Positions 1-12,429 of a stretch of DNA of 64,000 nucleotides are shown here, piece after piece; position 1 is the stretch's first letter, and each line of letters begins with the position of its first letter. The notes under the pieces are model-generated. The model worked only from the letters and a program-made list of their open reading frames with translations. It had not been told where the DNA came from and made no database searches. This stretch comes from Pristiophorus japonicus (Eukaryota): contig NC_091995.1 in the NCBI RefSeq assembly GCF_044704955.1, forward strand, positions 69,006,001 to 69,070,000. The letters run 5' to 3'. A program made the translations under genes and the position numbers.

Positions 1-880
1 AGGAACAAAGTCCATGGGATCACAACGGAAAGAGGCACACAAACAGGCTGTCCGGCCCAGCCAAGCCATGGCTTTATGCTGCACTCGCCCCTCAGCTAAC
101 TCTGTCCGCATGGCCCTCTATTCCCTTCTCCCTCAGCCTTGACCAGCCTCCCCTTTAATGTACTGATGGTTCTGAGCAGGCCGGGGGGGGGGCGAGGGAG
201 TCGCTCGAGTCGAGGATGACTTGCTTCCACGCCCAAAGGTTCACAGGTGTTTCAGTGAAGGACCTAATATTCCAGATCCCGAACTACATCCTGAAGGGTG
301 GAAGATGCCTGTGCGTGGATTTTTTTAATGAGTGGTGACCGTTGCACACCAGCCACCACACGGGCTTGACAGAGCTAGGTCTTGGTCCAGTGGCAAGGAT
401 TAACCAGGACAACTGGAGACCAGCTCTGCAGCACCGGCCTAGTGCGCGCACATATCGCAGTGTGGGCTGGCCCGTGCTGCCAATGGTGCTTGCAGGCCGG
501 GGCCCACTCACACTGCTGGGCCAGGCCTCCACGCCGCTCCCTCACCCTCCCGGTCTGCCCCGATGGTGCTCGCAGGCCGGGGCCCGCAGACCGGGCCAGG
601 CCTCCACGCCGCTCCCTCGCCCCCCCCGTCTGCCCTGATGGTGCTCGCAGGCCGGGGCCCGCACAGACTGGGCCAGGCTTCCACGCCGCTCCCTCGCCCC
701 CAGGCCTGCCCCGAACCATCAGTACATTAAAGGGGAGGCTGGGTAAGGCTGAGGGAGAAGGGATCAGAGGGCCACGCGGACAGAGTTAGCTGAGGAGCGA
801 GTGCAGCATCAAGCCATGGCCTGGCTGGGCCTGACGCCTGTCTGTGTGCATGTATCCCATGTGATCCATGAACTTTGCCT
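1..880. repeat. Long inverted repeat, arms ~1-200 and ~688-880, derived from a CR1 3' end
   Basis: cctcccctttaatgtactgatggttc in the left arm is the reverse complement of gaaccatcagtacattaaaggggagg in the right arm; similarity continues to the window start. Confidence 0.85.
197..700. mobile_element. Non-autonomous repeat sharing an end with RTE LINEs, containing ~3 tandem ~75-80 bp GC-rich units (~483-700)
   Basis: gagtcgaggatgacttgcttccac matches the RTE end at ~59014; unit tggtgctcgcaggccggggccc...ccacgccgctccctc is repeated. Confidence 0.5.
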
Positions 881-948
881 CTTTGGGTGGGGAGTGTCCA
901 CTCTGGCTGACCGTGGACACTGGCACTTGAGGCTTTTCTTCAAACCTC

Positions 949-1146
949 CTCCGGCCGGCGGGGGGCGCTGCGGGTCGGTCCTCCGGCCGGCGGGGGGCGC
1001 TGCGGGTCGGTCCTCCGGCCGGCGGGGGGCGCTGCGGCTCGGTTCTCCGGCCGGCGGGGGGCGCTGCGGCTCGGTTCTCCGGCCGGCGGGGGGCGCTGCG
1101 GGTCGGTCCTCCGGCTGGCGGGGGGCGCTGCGGCTCGGTTCTCCGG
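949..1146. repeat. 32-bp CpG-rich tandem repeat, 6 copies, immediately upstream of TOMM22
   Basis: Unit ctccggccggcggggggcgctgcgg(g/c)tcggt(c/t) starts at 949, 981, 1013, 1045, 1077 and 1109. Confidence 0.95.
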
Positions 1147-1152
1147 GCACTG

Positions 1153-1164
1153 TGCGCAGGCGCG
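1153..1164 (+). promoter_or_regulatory. Candidate NRF1 binding site
   Basis: TGCGCAGGCGCG is close to the NRF1 consensus TGCGCATGCGCA; it ends 43 nt before the ATG of a nuclear-encoded mitochondrial gene. Confidence 0.55.
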
Positions 1165-1207
1165 GCCGGGCCTTGCTGCGGGTGCTGCAGGCGGTCGAGT
1201 TGTGGCC

Positions 1208-1279
1208 ATGGCGGAGGAGCAGGCTGTGGAGCGGCGGAGCGAGGCCGAGGAGGAGCTGGAGGAGGAGGATGAAGATGAG
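1208..1279 (+). CDS. TOMM22: TOMM22 exon 1 (MAEEQAVERRSEAEEELEEEDEDE)
   Basis: Strong Kozak gccATGG, acidic stretch, donor GAG|gtgaga, phase 0 matches exon 2. Confidence 0.88.
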
Positions 1280-1364
1280 GTGAGAGGCCAGGCCCCGGTG
1301 TTGGAACATGTCACAAAATGAGGGGGCGCGACAAGGTGGATGCGGAGAGGACAGTTCCTCACAG

Positions 1365-1597
1365 GGGGAGACTGGAACCAGGAGCATGGTCTCAGGGTAA
1401 GGGGCCGGCCATTTCAAACTGAGGAGAGGAGGAATCTCTTCTCCCAGAGCTTGTAAATCTCTGGGATTATGTGTCCCGGAGAGTGTGGAGGCCCGTCACT
1501 GAGCGAGATCGGGCGGGATAGTGGAGCAGAGGCTGATGGCCAGCCCGGGTCTCATTGGAAGGTGCAGCAGGCTCCAGGGGTCTTCTTATGTTCTTAC
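1365..1597 (+). mobile_element. Degenerate CR1 3' end fragment
   Basis: Resembles the 3' ends of other CR1 copies in the window; ends ttcttatgttctta. Confidence 0.6.
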
Positions 1598-1614
1598 TCC
1601 CCCTGATCATACCG

Positions 1615-1760
1615 TGCTCCCCTCCACACCCCCCCCCCCCCCGGGCCCCCTCCACCCCCCGGGCCCCCCTCCACACACCCCCCCCCCCCGGGCCCCCTCC
1701 ACCCCCCGGGCCCCCCTCCACACACCCCCCCCCCCCGGGCCCCCCTCCACACCCCCCTCA
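1615..1760. repeat. C-rich tandem repeat (ccccgggccccctccacaccccc-like)
   Basis: Direct reading; about 5 copies. Confidence 0.85.
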
Positions 1761-1880
1761 GCCCTGCCTTACTCTCCCTCACTTTCCCCGAATGCTGGGA
1801 GTGACGGGGAATCACACTTCTGGTGCTGCAGGGCTCTATTTATCAAAGGGTTAATTCCGCTGAACCTTCTGTGCTTTCAG

Positions 1881-1999
1881 CTCGATGAATCCCTCACGGA
1901 AAGACTATGGGGTTTGACTGAGATGTTCCCTGAGAGCATGCGAAACGCCTCTGGGATTGCTGCAGATTGCTCAGTGACACTGGCCAAGAAATTCTACAG
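1881..1999 (+). CDS. TOMM22: TOMM22 exon 2 (LDESLTERLWGLTEMFPESMR...AKKFY)
   Basis: Acceptor ctttcag|, donor AG|gtacgt, conserved Tom22 motif. Confidence 0.96.
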
Positions 2000-2014
2000 G
2001 TACGTGACAGTGCG

Positions 2015-4435
2015 GTGAGGTATCGGGGAATGGTGGACGGTGAGGTATCGGGGAACGGCGGGGCAGTGAGGTATCGGGGAATGGTGGACGGTGAGGTATC
2101 GGGGAATGGTGGGGCAGTGAGGTATCGGGGAATGGTGGGCAGTGAGGTATCGGGGAATGGTGGACGGTGAGGTATCGGGGAACGGTGGGGCAGTGAGGTA
2201 TCGGGGAACGGTGGGGCAGTGAGGTATCGGGGAACGGCGGGGCAGTGAGGTATCGGGGAATGGTGGAGCAGTGAGGTATCGGGGAACGGCGGGGCAGTGA
2301 GGTATCGGGGAATGGTGGGCAGTGAGTTATCGGGGAATGGTGGACGGTGAGGTATCGGGGAATGGTGGGGCAGTGAGGTATCGGGGAATGGTGGGCAGTG
2401 AGTTATCGGGGAACGGTGGGGCAGTGAGGTATCGGGGAACGGTGGGGCAGTGAGGTATCGGGGAATGGTGGAGCAGTGAGGTATCGGGGAATGGTGGAGC
2501 AGTGAGGTATCGGAACGGCGGGCGGTGAGGTATCGGGGAATGGTGGGGCAGTGAGGTATCGGGGAATGGTGGGGCAGTGAGGTATCGGGGAATGGTGGGG
2601 CAGTGAGGTATCGGGGAATGGTGGGGCAGTGAGGTATCGGGGAATGGTGGGGCAGTGAGGTATCGGGGAACGGTGGGCAGTGAGGTATCGGGGAACGGTG
2701 GGGCAGTGAGGTATCGGGGAATGGTGGGGCAGTGAGGTATCGGGGAATGGTGGGGCAGTGAGGTATCGGAACGGCGGGCGGTGAGGTATCGGGGAATGGT
2801 GGGGCAGTGAGGTATCGGGGAATGGTGGGGCAGTGAGGTATCGGAACGGCGGGCGGTGAGGTATCGGGGAATGGTGGGGCAGTGAGGTATCGGGGAATGG
2901 TGGGGCAGTGAGGTATCGGGGAATGGTGGGGCAGTGAGGTATCGGGGAATGGTGGGGCAGTGAGGTATCGGGGAATGGTGGGGCAGTGAGGTATCGGGGA
3001 ACGGTGGGCAGTGAGGTATCGGGGAACGGTGGGGCAGTGAGGTATCGGAACGGCGGGCGGTGAGGTATCGGGGAATGGCGGGGCAGTGAGGTATCGGGGA
3101 ACGGCGGGGCAGTGAGGTATCGGAACGGCGGGCGGTGAGGTATCGGGGAACGGCGGGCGGTGAGGTATCGGGGAATGGCGGGGCAGTGAGGTATCGGGGA
3201 ACGGCGGGGCAGTGAGGTATCGGGGAACGGTGGGGCAGTGAGGTATCGGGGAACGGTGGGGCAGTGAGGTATCGGGGAACGGTGGGGCAGTGAGGTATCG
3301 GGGAATGGTGGAGCAGTGAGGTATCGGAACGGCGGGCGGTGAGGTATCGGGGAATGGTGGGGCAGTGAGGTATCGGGGAATGGTGGGGCAGTGAGGTATC
3401 GGGGAATGGTGGGGCAGTGAGGTATCGGGGAATGGTGGGGCAGTGAGGTATCGGGGAATGGTGGGGCAGTGAGGTATCGGGGAATGGTGGGGCAGTGAGG
3501 TATCGGAACGGCGGGCGGTGAGGTATCGGGGAATGGTGGGGCAGTGAGGTATCGGGGAATGGTGGAGCAGTGAGGTATCGGGGAATGGTGGAGCAGTGAG
3601 GTATCGGAACGGCGGGCGGTGAGGTATCGGGGAATGGTGGGGCAGTGAGGTATCGGGGAATGGTGGGGCAGTGAGGTATCGGGGAATGGTGGGGCAGTGA
3701 GGTATCGGGGAATGGTGGGGCAGTGAGGTATCGGGGAATGGTGGGGCAGTGAGGTATCGGGGAATGGTGGGGCAGTGAGGTATCGGAACGGCGGGCGGTG
3801 AGGTATCGGGGAATGGTGGGGCAGTGAGGTATCGGGGAATGGTGGGGCAGTGAGGTATCGGGGAATGGTGGGGCAGAGAGGTATCGGGGAATGGTGGAGC
3901 AGTGAGGTATCGGAACGGCGGGCGGTGAGGTATCGGGGAATGGTGGGGCAGTGAGGTATCGGGGAATGGTGGGGCAGTGAGGTATCGGGGAACGGTGGGG
4001 CAGTGAGGTATCGGGGAATGGTGGGGCAGTGAGGTATCGGGGAATGGTGGGGCAGTGAGGTATCGGAACGGCGGGCGGTGAGGTATCGGGGAATGGTGGG
4101 GCAGTGAGGTATCGGGGAATGGTGGGGCAGTGAGGTATCGGGGAATGGTGGGGCAGTGAGGTATCGGGGAATGGTGGGGCAGTGAGGTATCGGGGAATGG
4201 TGGGGCAGTGAGGTATCGGGGAATGGTGGGGCAGTGAGGTATCGGGGAATGGTGGGGCAGTGAGGTATCGGGGAATGGTGGGGCAGTGAGGTATCGGGGA
4301 ATGGTGGGGCAGTGAGGTATCGGGGAATGGTGGGGCAGTGAGGTATCGGAACGGCGGGCGGTGAGGTATCGGGGAACGGTGGGCGGTGCGGGAACGGTGG
4401 ATGGTGCGGGATCGGGGAACGGTGGGCGGTGCGGA
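2015..4435. repeat. 26-bp G-rich minisatellite (gtgaggtatcggggaatggtggggca), ~90 copies with 23-25 bp variants
   Basis: Direct reading; fills most of TOMM22 intron 2. Confidence 0.98.
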
Positions 4436-4570
4436 GTGTTTGATGGGAGAGTGTAGACGGATCTTCACTCTGTATCTAACCCCGTGCTGTACCTGCCCTG
4501 GGGGTGTTTGATGGGACAGTGTAGAGGGGGCTTTACTCTGTATCTAACCCGTGACATCATGCCCTGTATC
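4433..4570 (+). repeat. ~67-bp dispersed satellite, ~2 copies
   Basis: gtgtttgatgggacagtgtagagggggctttactctgtatctaaccc; same family as 14853-15517. Confidence 0.85.
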
Positions 4571-4691
4571 CCAGTCCTGGGGGTTTCCATGATGTGTGGA
4601 GTGGACAGTGTCTGCTCCGTGTGAGGAGAGATGGTGTGTCCTGTGCTGTGGTGTTGGGCTCGGTGTTTATCCGGGATGTGATGTTTTCCAG

Positions 4692-4809
4692 GTTCACACG
4701 GGCGGCTCTGTGGGTGGGAACCACATCGTTTATGATCCTGGTCCTGCCGGTGGTGTTTGAAACTGAGAAATTGCAACTCGAACAGCAGCAAATCCAACAA
4801 CAGAGACAG
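4692..4809 (+). CDS. TOMM22: TOMM22 exon 3 (transmembrane segment and poly-Q-like stretch)
   Basis: ttttccag| and CAG|gtatgg; FTRAALWVGTTSFMILVLPVVFETEKLQLEQQQIQQQRQ. Confidence 0.97.
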
Positions 4810-4818
4810 GTATGGAGC

Positions 4819-5259
4819 AGGCTGGGGAATGGGCATGGGTGGGGGGGGAATGGGCACGGGGGAGGGGCTGGAGAGGGGCACGGGGGGATGCGTGCTGGGG
4901 AATGGGCACGGGGAGGGGCTGGAGAGGGGCACGGGGGAGGGGCTGGGGAATGGGCACGAGGGAGGGGCTGGAGAGGGGCACGGGGGGATGCGTGCTGGGG
5001 GAGGGGCACGGGGAGGGGCTGGAGAGGGGCACGGGGGAGGGGCTGTGGAATGGGCACGGGGGAGGGGCTGGGTAACGGACACGGGGGAGGGGCACGGGGG
5101 GGAAATGGGCACGGGGGAGGGGATGGGGTGGGGCTGGGTAACAGGCACGGGGGGAGGGGCTGGGGAACGGGCATGGGGGGAGGGGCTGGGGATGCGCACG
5201 GGGGGGTGGGCGGGGCTGGGCACGGGGGGAGAGGCTGGAGATTGGGCACGGGGGTGGGG
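4819..5259. repeat. G-rich degenerate ~24-bp tandem repeat (ggggaggggctggggaatgggcac-like)
   Basis: Direct reading; starts ~10 nt after the exon 3 donor. Confidence 0.9.
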
Positions 5260-7600
5260 CTTTCAAAGCTGCTAAACCTTTAATACTTCCTCTCTCTCTT
5301 TATTTCATCCAGAATATCACACACCTCCTCGATTGCAGTATCTGCATTGCCCCTTTCCTTTGTGAAAAAAGACGCAAAGTATTCATTAAGAACCCTTCCA
5401 ACATCTTCCACCTTCACACAAAGATTATCCTCATGGTCTCTAATTGGCCCTACCCTTTCTTTACTAACCTCTTGCTCTTAATATATTCATAGAACATCTT
5501 TGGGTTTTCCTTAATTTTACTGGCCAACAATTTTTCAAGCTCTCTTAGCATTCCTAATATCCTTTTTAATTTTACCTCTGAACTTTCTATATTCCTCCAA
5601 AGATTCTATAATATTTAGCCGTTGATATAGGACATAAGCTTCCCTTTTTTTCTTAATCCTTCCCTGTAAGTCCCCAGACATACAGGGGGCTCTAGAATTA
5701 TTATTCCCACCCTTTTTCTTTAAGGGCACATGTTTGGCCTGAGCCTTCCGGATCGCCTCCTTGAATGCCTCCCACTGTTCCGACACTGATTTACCCACAA
5801 GTAACTGTTTCCAGTCCACTGTGGCCAAATCATTCTTCAACTTAGCAAAATTAGCTTTTCCCCAATTCGGGACTTTTATTCCTGGTCTATCCTTGTCCTT
5901 ATCCATAACTAACTTGAATCTTACTGAATTATCGTCACTGGCACCCAAGTGCTCTCCTACTAATACCCCTTCAACCTGCCCAGCTTCATGTCCCAAAACT
6001 AAATCCAGAACTGCTCCCCCTCTTGTGTTCGGCTTGTTACATACTGACTAAAAAAGTTCTCAATGCATTTTAAGAATTCCGTACCCTCTATACCCTTCAT
6101 ACTATATTTGTCCCAATCAATATTTGGATAGTTAAAATCCCCTACTATTACTGCCCTATGGTTTTTGGACTTCACAGCAATTTGCCGACATATTTGCTCC
6201 TCTATCTCCCTCCCACTGTTTGGGGGTCTATAATACACACCCAGCAGTGTGATCGCCCCTTTTTTATGTTTCAGTTTGACCCATATGGCCTCATTTGATG
6301 ATCCCTCTAACATATCATCCCTCCTCACCGCTGTAATGGTTTCTTTAATCAGTTCAGCAACCCCCCCTTTTACCCCCCTCTCTATCTTGTCTAAAAATCC
6401 TGTAACCAGGAATATTGAGCTGCCAAACCTGCCCCTCTTTCAGCCATGTCTCTGTAATGGCTATAATGTCATACTCCCAAGTGTCTACCTGTGCCCTTAG
6501 CTCATACGCCTTATTCGCTATACTCCTTGCGTAAAAGTAAATACCATTCAGCACAGGAAGACCTCCTTGATTACTACTTACTAACCCTTGTTTCTTCTGT
6601 CTTGCAGATTCACTTTCTAAATTCTTGCCATCCAATTTCTGCTTTACTTCCTTCCCTCTTGAATTTGTTCTCAGGTTCCCATCCCCCTGCCAAGCTAGAT
6701 TAAACTCTCCCCAACAGCACTAGCAAAACTCCCCGCGAGGATATTGGTCCCGGCACTGTTGAGGTGCAACCCGTCCGGTTTGTCCAGGTCCCATCTCCCC
6801 CAAAAGCGGTCCCAATGCTTCAGGAATTTAAAGCCCTCCTTCCTACACCAACTTTCCAGCCACGTGTTCATCCTCTCTATCCTTTTATTCTTATACTCAT
6901 TAGCTCGTGGCACCAGTAGTAACCCGGAGATTACTACCTTTTGAGGTCCTGTTTTTTAATCTAGCTCCCTAAACTCTGTCTGCAGGACCTAATCCCTCTT
7001 CCTATTGGTAGAGGGATTAGGGTATTGGTCCCGATGTGGACCACGACCTCTGGCTGTTCACCCTCTCTCCCCCCAGAATGCCCTGCTCTGTGACATCTTT
7101 GATCCTGGCACCAGGGAGGCAACATACCATCCTGGAGTCACGTCTGCGGCCGCAGAAACACCTGTCTGCTCCCCGACGATTGAATCCCCGACCACTACAG
7201 CTCTCTGATTCTTCGTCCCTCCCCCCTGTGCAGCTGAGCCACCCGTGGTGTCTTGGACTTGGCTCTAGCTGTACTCCCCAGAGGCATTATCGCCCCCACC
7301 GGTGCTCAGAAGAGAATATCGGTTTGAAAGTGAGATGGACTAGGGAGGGCAGGGCGGGGTGGGGGGGTGGAGTTTGCACGCTTTTAAGCTACGGGGTGAC
7401 CACCTCCTGAAACGTGTTGTCCACGTAGCTCTCAGCCTCACGGATGCACCATGTTGACTCCAGCAGTTGAAGCCGGAGACACCTCCTGCACACGTCCAGG
7501 ACTTCCCACATGTCGCAGGACATGTACTCCACAGGACTGAGATGCCTTGCCATCCCTCTAGTTAGACTTATCGAATTAAAATCTAATTATGATTTTCTAA
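5260..7600 (-). mobile_element. CR1 LINE, 5' half (ORF1 SGNH-esterase-like domain and APE endonuclease), frameshifted
   Basis: ORF pieces WLESWCRKEGF..DGLHLN, IIAITETWL, GVYYRPP, IVGDFNYP. Confidence 0.9.
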
Positions 7601-7629
7601 ATGTCCTGCTATTACTTCCTTAATAATGG

Positions 7630-10600
7630 ACTAAGTGGACTGGGAAGATAGATTGGGGGATGGGAACCAATGTAGGGAGACGGGGGGAAGTAGAACGGGG
7701 GCAGAAGCAAAAGATAGAAAGAAGAAAAATAAAAGTGGAGGGCAGAGAAACCCAAGGCGAAAAGCAAAAAGGGCCACATTGCAGCAAAATTCTAAAGGGG
7801 CAAAGCATGTTAGAAAGACAAGCCTGAAGGCTCTGTGCCTCAATGCGAGGAGTTTTCGGAATAAGGTGGACGAATTAACTGCGCAGATAGCAGTTAACGG
7901 ATATGATGTAACTGACATCACGGAGACATGGCTCCAGGGTGACCAAGGCTGGGAACTCAACATCCAGGGGTATTCAACATTTAGGAAGGATAGACAGAAA
8001 GGAAAAGGAGGTGGGATGGCGTTGCTGGTTAAAGAGGAAATTAATGCAATTGTAAGGAAGGACATTAGCTTGGATGATGTGGAATTGGTATGGGTGGAGC
8101 TATGGAATACCAAAGGGCAGAAAACGCTAATGGGAGTTGTGTACAGACCACCAAACAGTAGTAGTGAGGTTGGGGACAGCATTAAACAAGAAATTAGGGA
8201 TGTGTGCAATAAAGGTTATCATGGGTGACTTTAATCTACATATTGACTGGGCTAACCAAACTGGTAGCAATGAGGTAAAGGAGGATTTCCTGGAGTGTAT
8301 TAGGGATGGTTTTCTAGACCAATATGTCGAGGAACCAACTAGGGGGCTGACCATCCTAGACTGGGTGATGTGCAATGAGAAAAGACTAATTAGCAATCTT
8401 GTTGTGCGAGGCCCCTTGGGGAAGAGTGACCATAATATGGTAGAATTTTTTATTAAGATGGAAAGTGACACAATTAATCAAGAAACTAGGGTCCTAAACT
8501 TAAGGAAAGCTAACTTCGACGGCATGAGGCGTGAATTGGCTAGAATAGACTGGGAAATGATACTTAAAGGGTTGATGGTGGATAGGCAATGGCAAATATT
8601 TAAAGATCACATGGATGAACTTCAGCAATTGTACATCCCTGCCTGGAGTTAAAATAAAACGGGGAAGGTGGCTCAACCGTGGCTAACAAGGGAAATCAAG
8701 CATGTAAATTGGCCAGAAAAAGCAGCAAACCTGAGGACTGGGAGAAATTTGGAATTCAGCAGAAGAGGACAGAGAGTTTAATTAAGAGGGGGGAAAATAG
8801 AGTACGGGAACATAAAAACTGACTGTAGAAGCTTCTATAGATTGTGAAGAGAAAAGGATTAGTGAAGACAAACGTCGGTCCCTTGCAGTCGGATACAGGT
8901 GAATTTATAATGGGGAACAAAGAAATGGCAGACCAATTGAACAAATACTTTGGGTTCTGTCTTCACGAAGGAAGACGCAAATAACCTCCGGAAATACTAG
9001 GGGACAGTGGGTCTAGTGAGAAGGAGGAACCGAAGGATATCCTTATTAGGCGAGAAATTGATGGGATTGAAGGCCGATAAATCCCTGGGGCCTGATAGTC
9101 TGTATCCCAGAGTACTTAAGGAAGTGGCCCTAGAAATAGTGGATGCATTGGTGATCATTTTCCACCAGTCTATTGACTCTGGATCAGTTCCTATGGACTG
9201 GAGGGCAGCTAATGTAACACCACTTTTTAAAAAGGGAGGCAGAGAGAAAGCAGGTAATTATAGCCTGACATCAGTAGTGGAGAAAATGTTGGAATCAATT
9301 GTTAAGGAAGAAATAGCAGCGCATCTGGAAAGCAGTGACCGGATCGGCCCAAGTCAGCATGGATTTATGAAAGGGAAATCATGCTTGACAAATCTTCTAG
9401 AATTTTTTGAGGATGTAACTAGTAGAGTAGACAAGGGAGAACCAGTGGATGTGGTGTATTTGGACTTTCAAAAGGCTTTTGACAAGGTCCCACACAAGAG
9501 ATTGGTGTGCAAAATCAAAGCACATGGTATTGGGGGGTAATATACTGACGTAGATAGAGAACTGGTTGGCAGACAGGAAGCAGAGAGTCGGGATAAACGG
9601 GTCTTTTTCAGAATGGCAGGCAGTGACTAGTGGAGTGCCGCAGGGCTCAGTGCTGGGACCCCAGCTCTTTACAATATACGTCAATGATTTAGACGAAGGA
9701 ATTGAGTGTAATATCTCCAAGTTTGCACATGACACCAAACTGGGTGGCGGTGTGAGCTGTGAGGGGGACGCTAAGGCTGCAGGGTGACTTGGACAGATTA
9801 GGTGAGTGGGCAAATGCATGGCAGATGCAGTATAATGTGGATAAATGTGAGGTTATCCATTTTGGGGGCAAAAACACGAAGACAGAATATTATCTGAATG
9901 GCGGCAAATTAGGAAAAGGGGAGGTGCAACGAGACCTGGATGTCATGGTTCATCAGTCATTGAAAGTTGGCATGCAGGTACAGCAGGTGGTGAAGAAGGC
10001 AAATGATGTGTTGGCCTTCATAGCGAGGGGATTTGAGTATCGGAGCAGAGAGATGTTACTGCAGTTGTACAAGTCCTTGGTGAGGCCTCACCTGGAATAT
10101 TGTGTTCAGTTTTGGTCTCCTAATCTGAGGAAGGACATTCTTGCTATTGAGGGAGTGCAGCGAAGATTCACAAGACTGATTCCCGGGATGGCAGGACTGT
10201 CATATGAGGAGAGACGGGATCAACTGGGTCTTTATACATTGGAGTTTAGAAGGATGAGAGGGGATCTCATAGAAACATATAAGATTCTGACGGGACGGGA
10301 CAGGTTAGATGCGGATAGAATGTTCCCGATGTTGGGGAAGTCCAGAACTAGGGGACACACTCTTAGGATAAGTGGTAGGCCATTTAGAACTGAGATGAGG
10401 AGAAACTTCTTCACTCAGAGAGTTGTTAACCTGTGGAATTCCCTGCCGCAGAGAGTTGTTGATGCCAGTTCATTGGATATATTCAAGAGGGAGTTAGATA
10501 TGGCCCTTACGGCTAAAGGGGTATGGAGAGAAAGCAGGAAAGGGGTACTGAGTGAATGATCAGCCATGATCTTTTTGAATGGTGGTGCAGGCTCGAAGGG

Positions 10601-10640
10601 CCGAATGGCCTACACCTGCACCTATTTTTTATGTTTCTAT
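7630..10640 (+). mobile_element. CR1 LINE, near-complete ORF2 (endonuclease and RT) with frameshifts and 3' tail
   Basis: [57 protein letters not shown]; tail atgtttctat. Confidence 0.95.
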
Positions 10641-12425
10641 TAAAGACTAAGATGGTAGATAAGCAGTGGCAGACATTTAAGGAACTATTTCATAACTCTC
10701 AGTAAAGATATATTCCAGTGAGAAAGAAAGACTCAGAAGGATGAACCATTTGTGGCTAACTAAGGAAGTTAATTGAGTACGGTATCAAATTGAAACAAAG
10801 GCAAACAATGTTGCGATGATTCGTGATAGGCCAGAGGATTGGGACATTTTTAGAAACCAACAAAGGACGACTAAAATGATGATAAAGAGGGAGCAGATAG
10901 ATTATAAAAGTAAACTCGCTTCTACAGGTATATAAAAAGGAAGAGACTAGCTAAAGTAAAAGTTGGTCCCTTAGAGGACGAGATTGGGGAATTAAGAAAA
11001 CAGTAGTGGGACATTTGAAAAAGCACAATGCAGTCAGGCAGAGTCAGCATGGTTTTATGAAAGAGAAATCATGTTTGACAAATTTGCTGGAGCTCTTTGA
11101 GGATGTAACGAGCGGAATGGATAAGGGGGAACCAGTGGATGTGGTGTATTTGGATTTGCAGAAGACATTTGATAAGATGCCACATAAAAGGTTATTGCAC
11201 CAGGTAAAGCTCACGGTGTTGGGGGTAATATAGAGGATTGACTAACTAACAGAAAACAGAGTGTCAGGATAAATGGGTCATTTTCCGGTTGGCAAACAGT
11301 AACTAGTGGGGTGCTGCAGGATCAGTGCTGGGTCCTCAACTATTTACAATCTATATGAATGACTTGGATGAGGGGACCGAGTGTAATGTAACCAAGTTTA
11401 CTGAGGGAAAGCAAATCGTGAGGAGGACAGAAAAAACCTGCAGAGGGACATAGACAGGCTGTGAGTGGGCAGGTGGGGTATAGTGTGGGAAATGTGAGGT
11501 TATCCACTTTGACAGAAAGAATAGAAGTGCAAATTATTTTTTAAATCAAGAAAAATTACAAAATGCTGCAGTATAGAGGGACCTGGGGATCCTTGTGCAT
11601 GAAACACAAAACGTTAGTATGCAGGTACAGCAAGTAATCAGGAAGGCCAATGGAATGTTGGCCTTTATTGCAAGGGGGATAGAGTATAAAAGCAGAGAAG
11701 TCCTGCTACAACTGTACAGGGTATTGGTGAGGCCACACCTGGAGTACTGTGTACAGTGTTGGTCTCCGTATTTAAGGAAGGAAATACTTGCATTGGAGTC
11801 TGTTCAGAGAAGGTTCACTAGGTTGATTCCAGAGATGAGGGAGTTGACTTATGAAGATAGGTTGAGTAGGTTGGGCCTATACACATTGGAGACATGAAGA
11901 ATGAGAGATGATCTTATTGAAACATAAGATAATGAGGGGGCTCGACAAGGTGGATGCAGAGAGGATATTTCCACTAATAGGGGAAACTAAAACTAGGGGA
12001 CATAGTCTCAGAATAAGGAGCTGCCCATTTAAAACTGAGTTGAGGAGGAATTTCTTCTCCCAGAGGGTTGTAAATCTGGGATTCTCTGCCCGAGAGGTCT
12101 GTGGAGGCTGGGTCATTAAATATATTTAACATGGAGATAAACAGATTTTTGAGCGATAAGGGAGTAAAGGCTTTTGCGGAGTGGGCAGGGAAGTGGAGCT
12201 GAGGCCATGATCAGATCATGTTGAATGGCGGAGCAGGCTCAAGGGGCCAAATGGCCGAGTCCTGCTCCTGTTTGTTATGTTGTTATGAAACATGCAAGAT
12301 TCCTTCAGGGCTTGACAGGGTAGATGCAGGGAGGATGTTTCCTCTGGCTGGGGAGTCTAGAACCAGGGGTCACAGTCCCAGAATAAGGGATCAGCCATTT
12401 AGGACTGAGATGAGGAGAAACTTCC
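10641..12425 (+). mobile_element. Older, internally deleted CR1 fragments
   Basis: RT pieces in ORFs 11006..11233, 11595..11897 and 11908..12129, with 3' UTR remnants. Confidence 0.85.
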
Positions 12426-12429
12426 CTGA

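Noticed and set aside
1151-1207. In-frame Ala/Gly-rich N-terminal extension of TOMM22 (LAAGAAGGRVVA)
   Set aside because: No ATG in this stretch, the ATG at 1208 has an optimal Kozak context, and the composition is explained by GC richness
2327-4468. 713-aa minus-strand ORF
   Set aside because: Translation of the 26-bp minisatellite, which lacks minus-strand stops; it cycles through three frames and lies antisense in TOMM22 intron 2
4465-5283. Multiple Pro- or Gly-rich ORFs (also 13235-14109, 48146-49046, 49634-50368, 58333-58689)
   Set aside because: Low-complexity repeat translations; only the embedded true exons are coding
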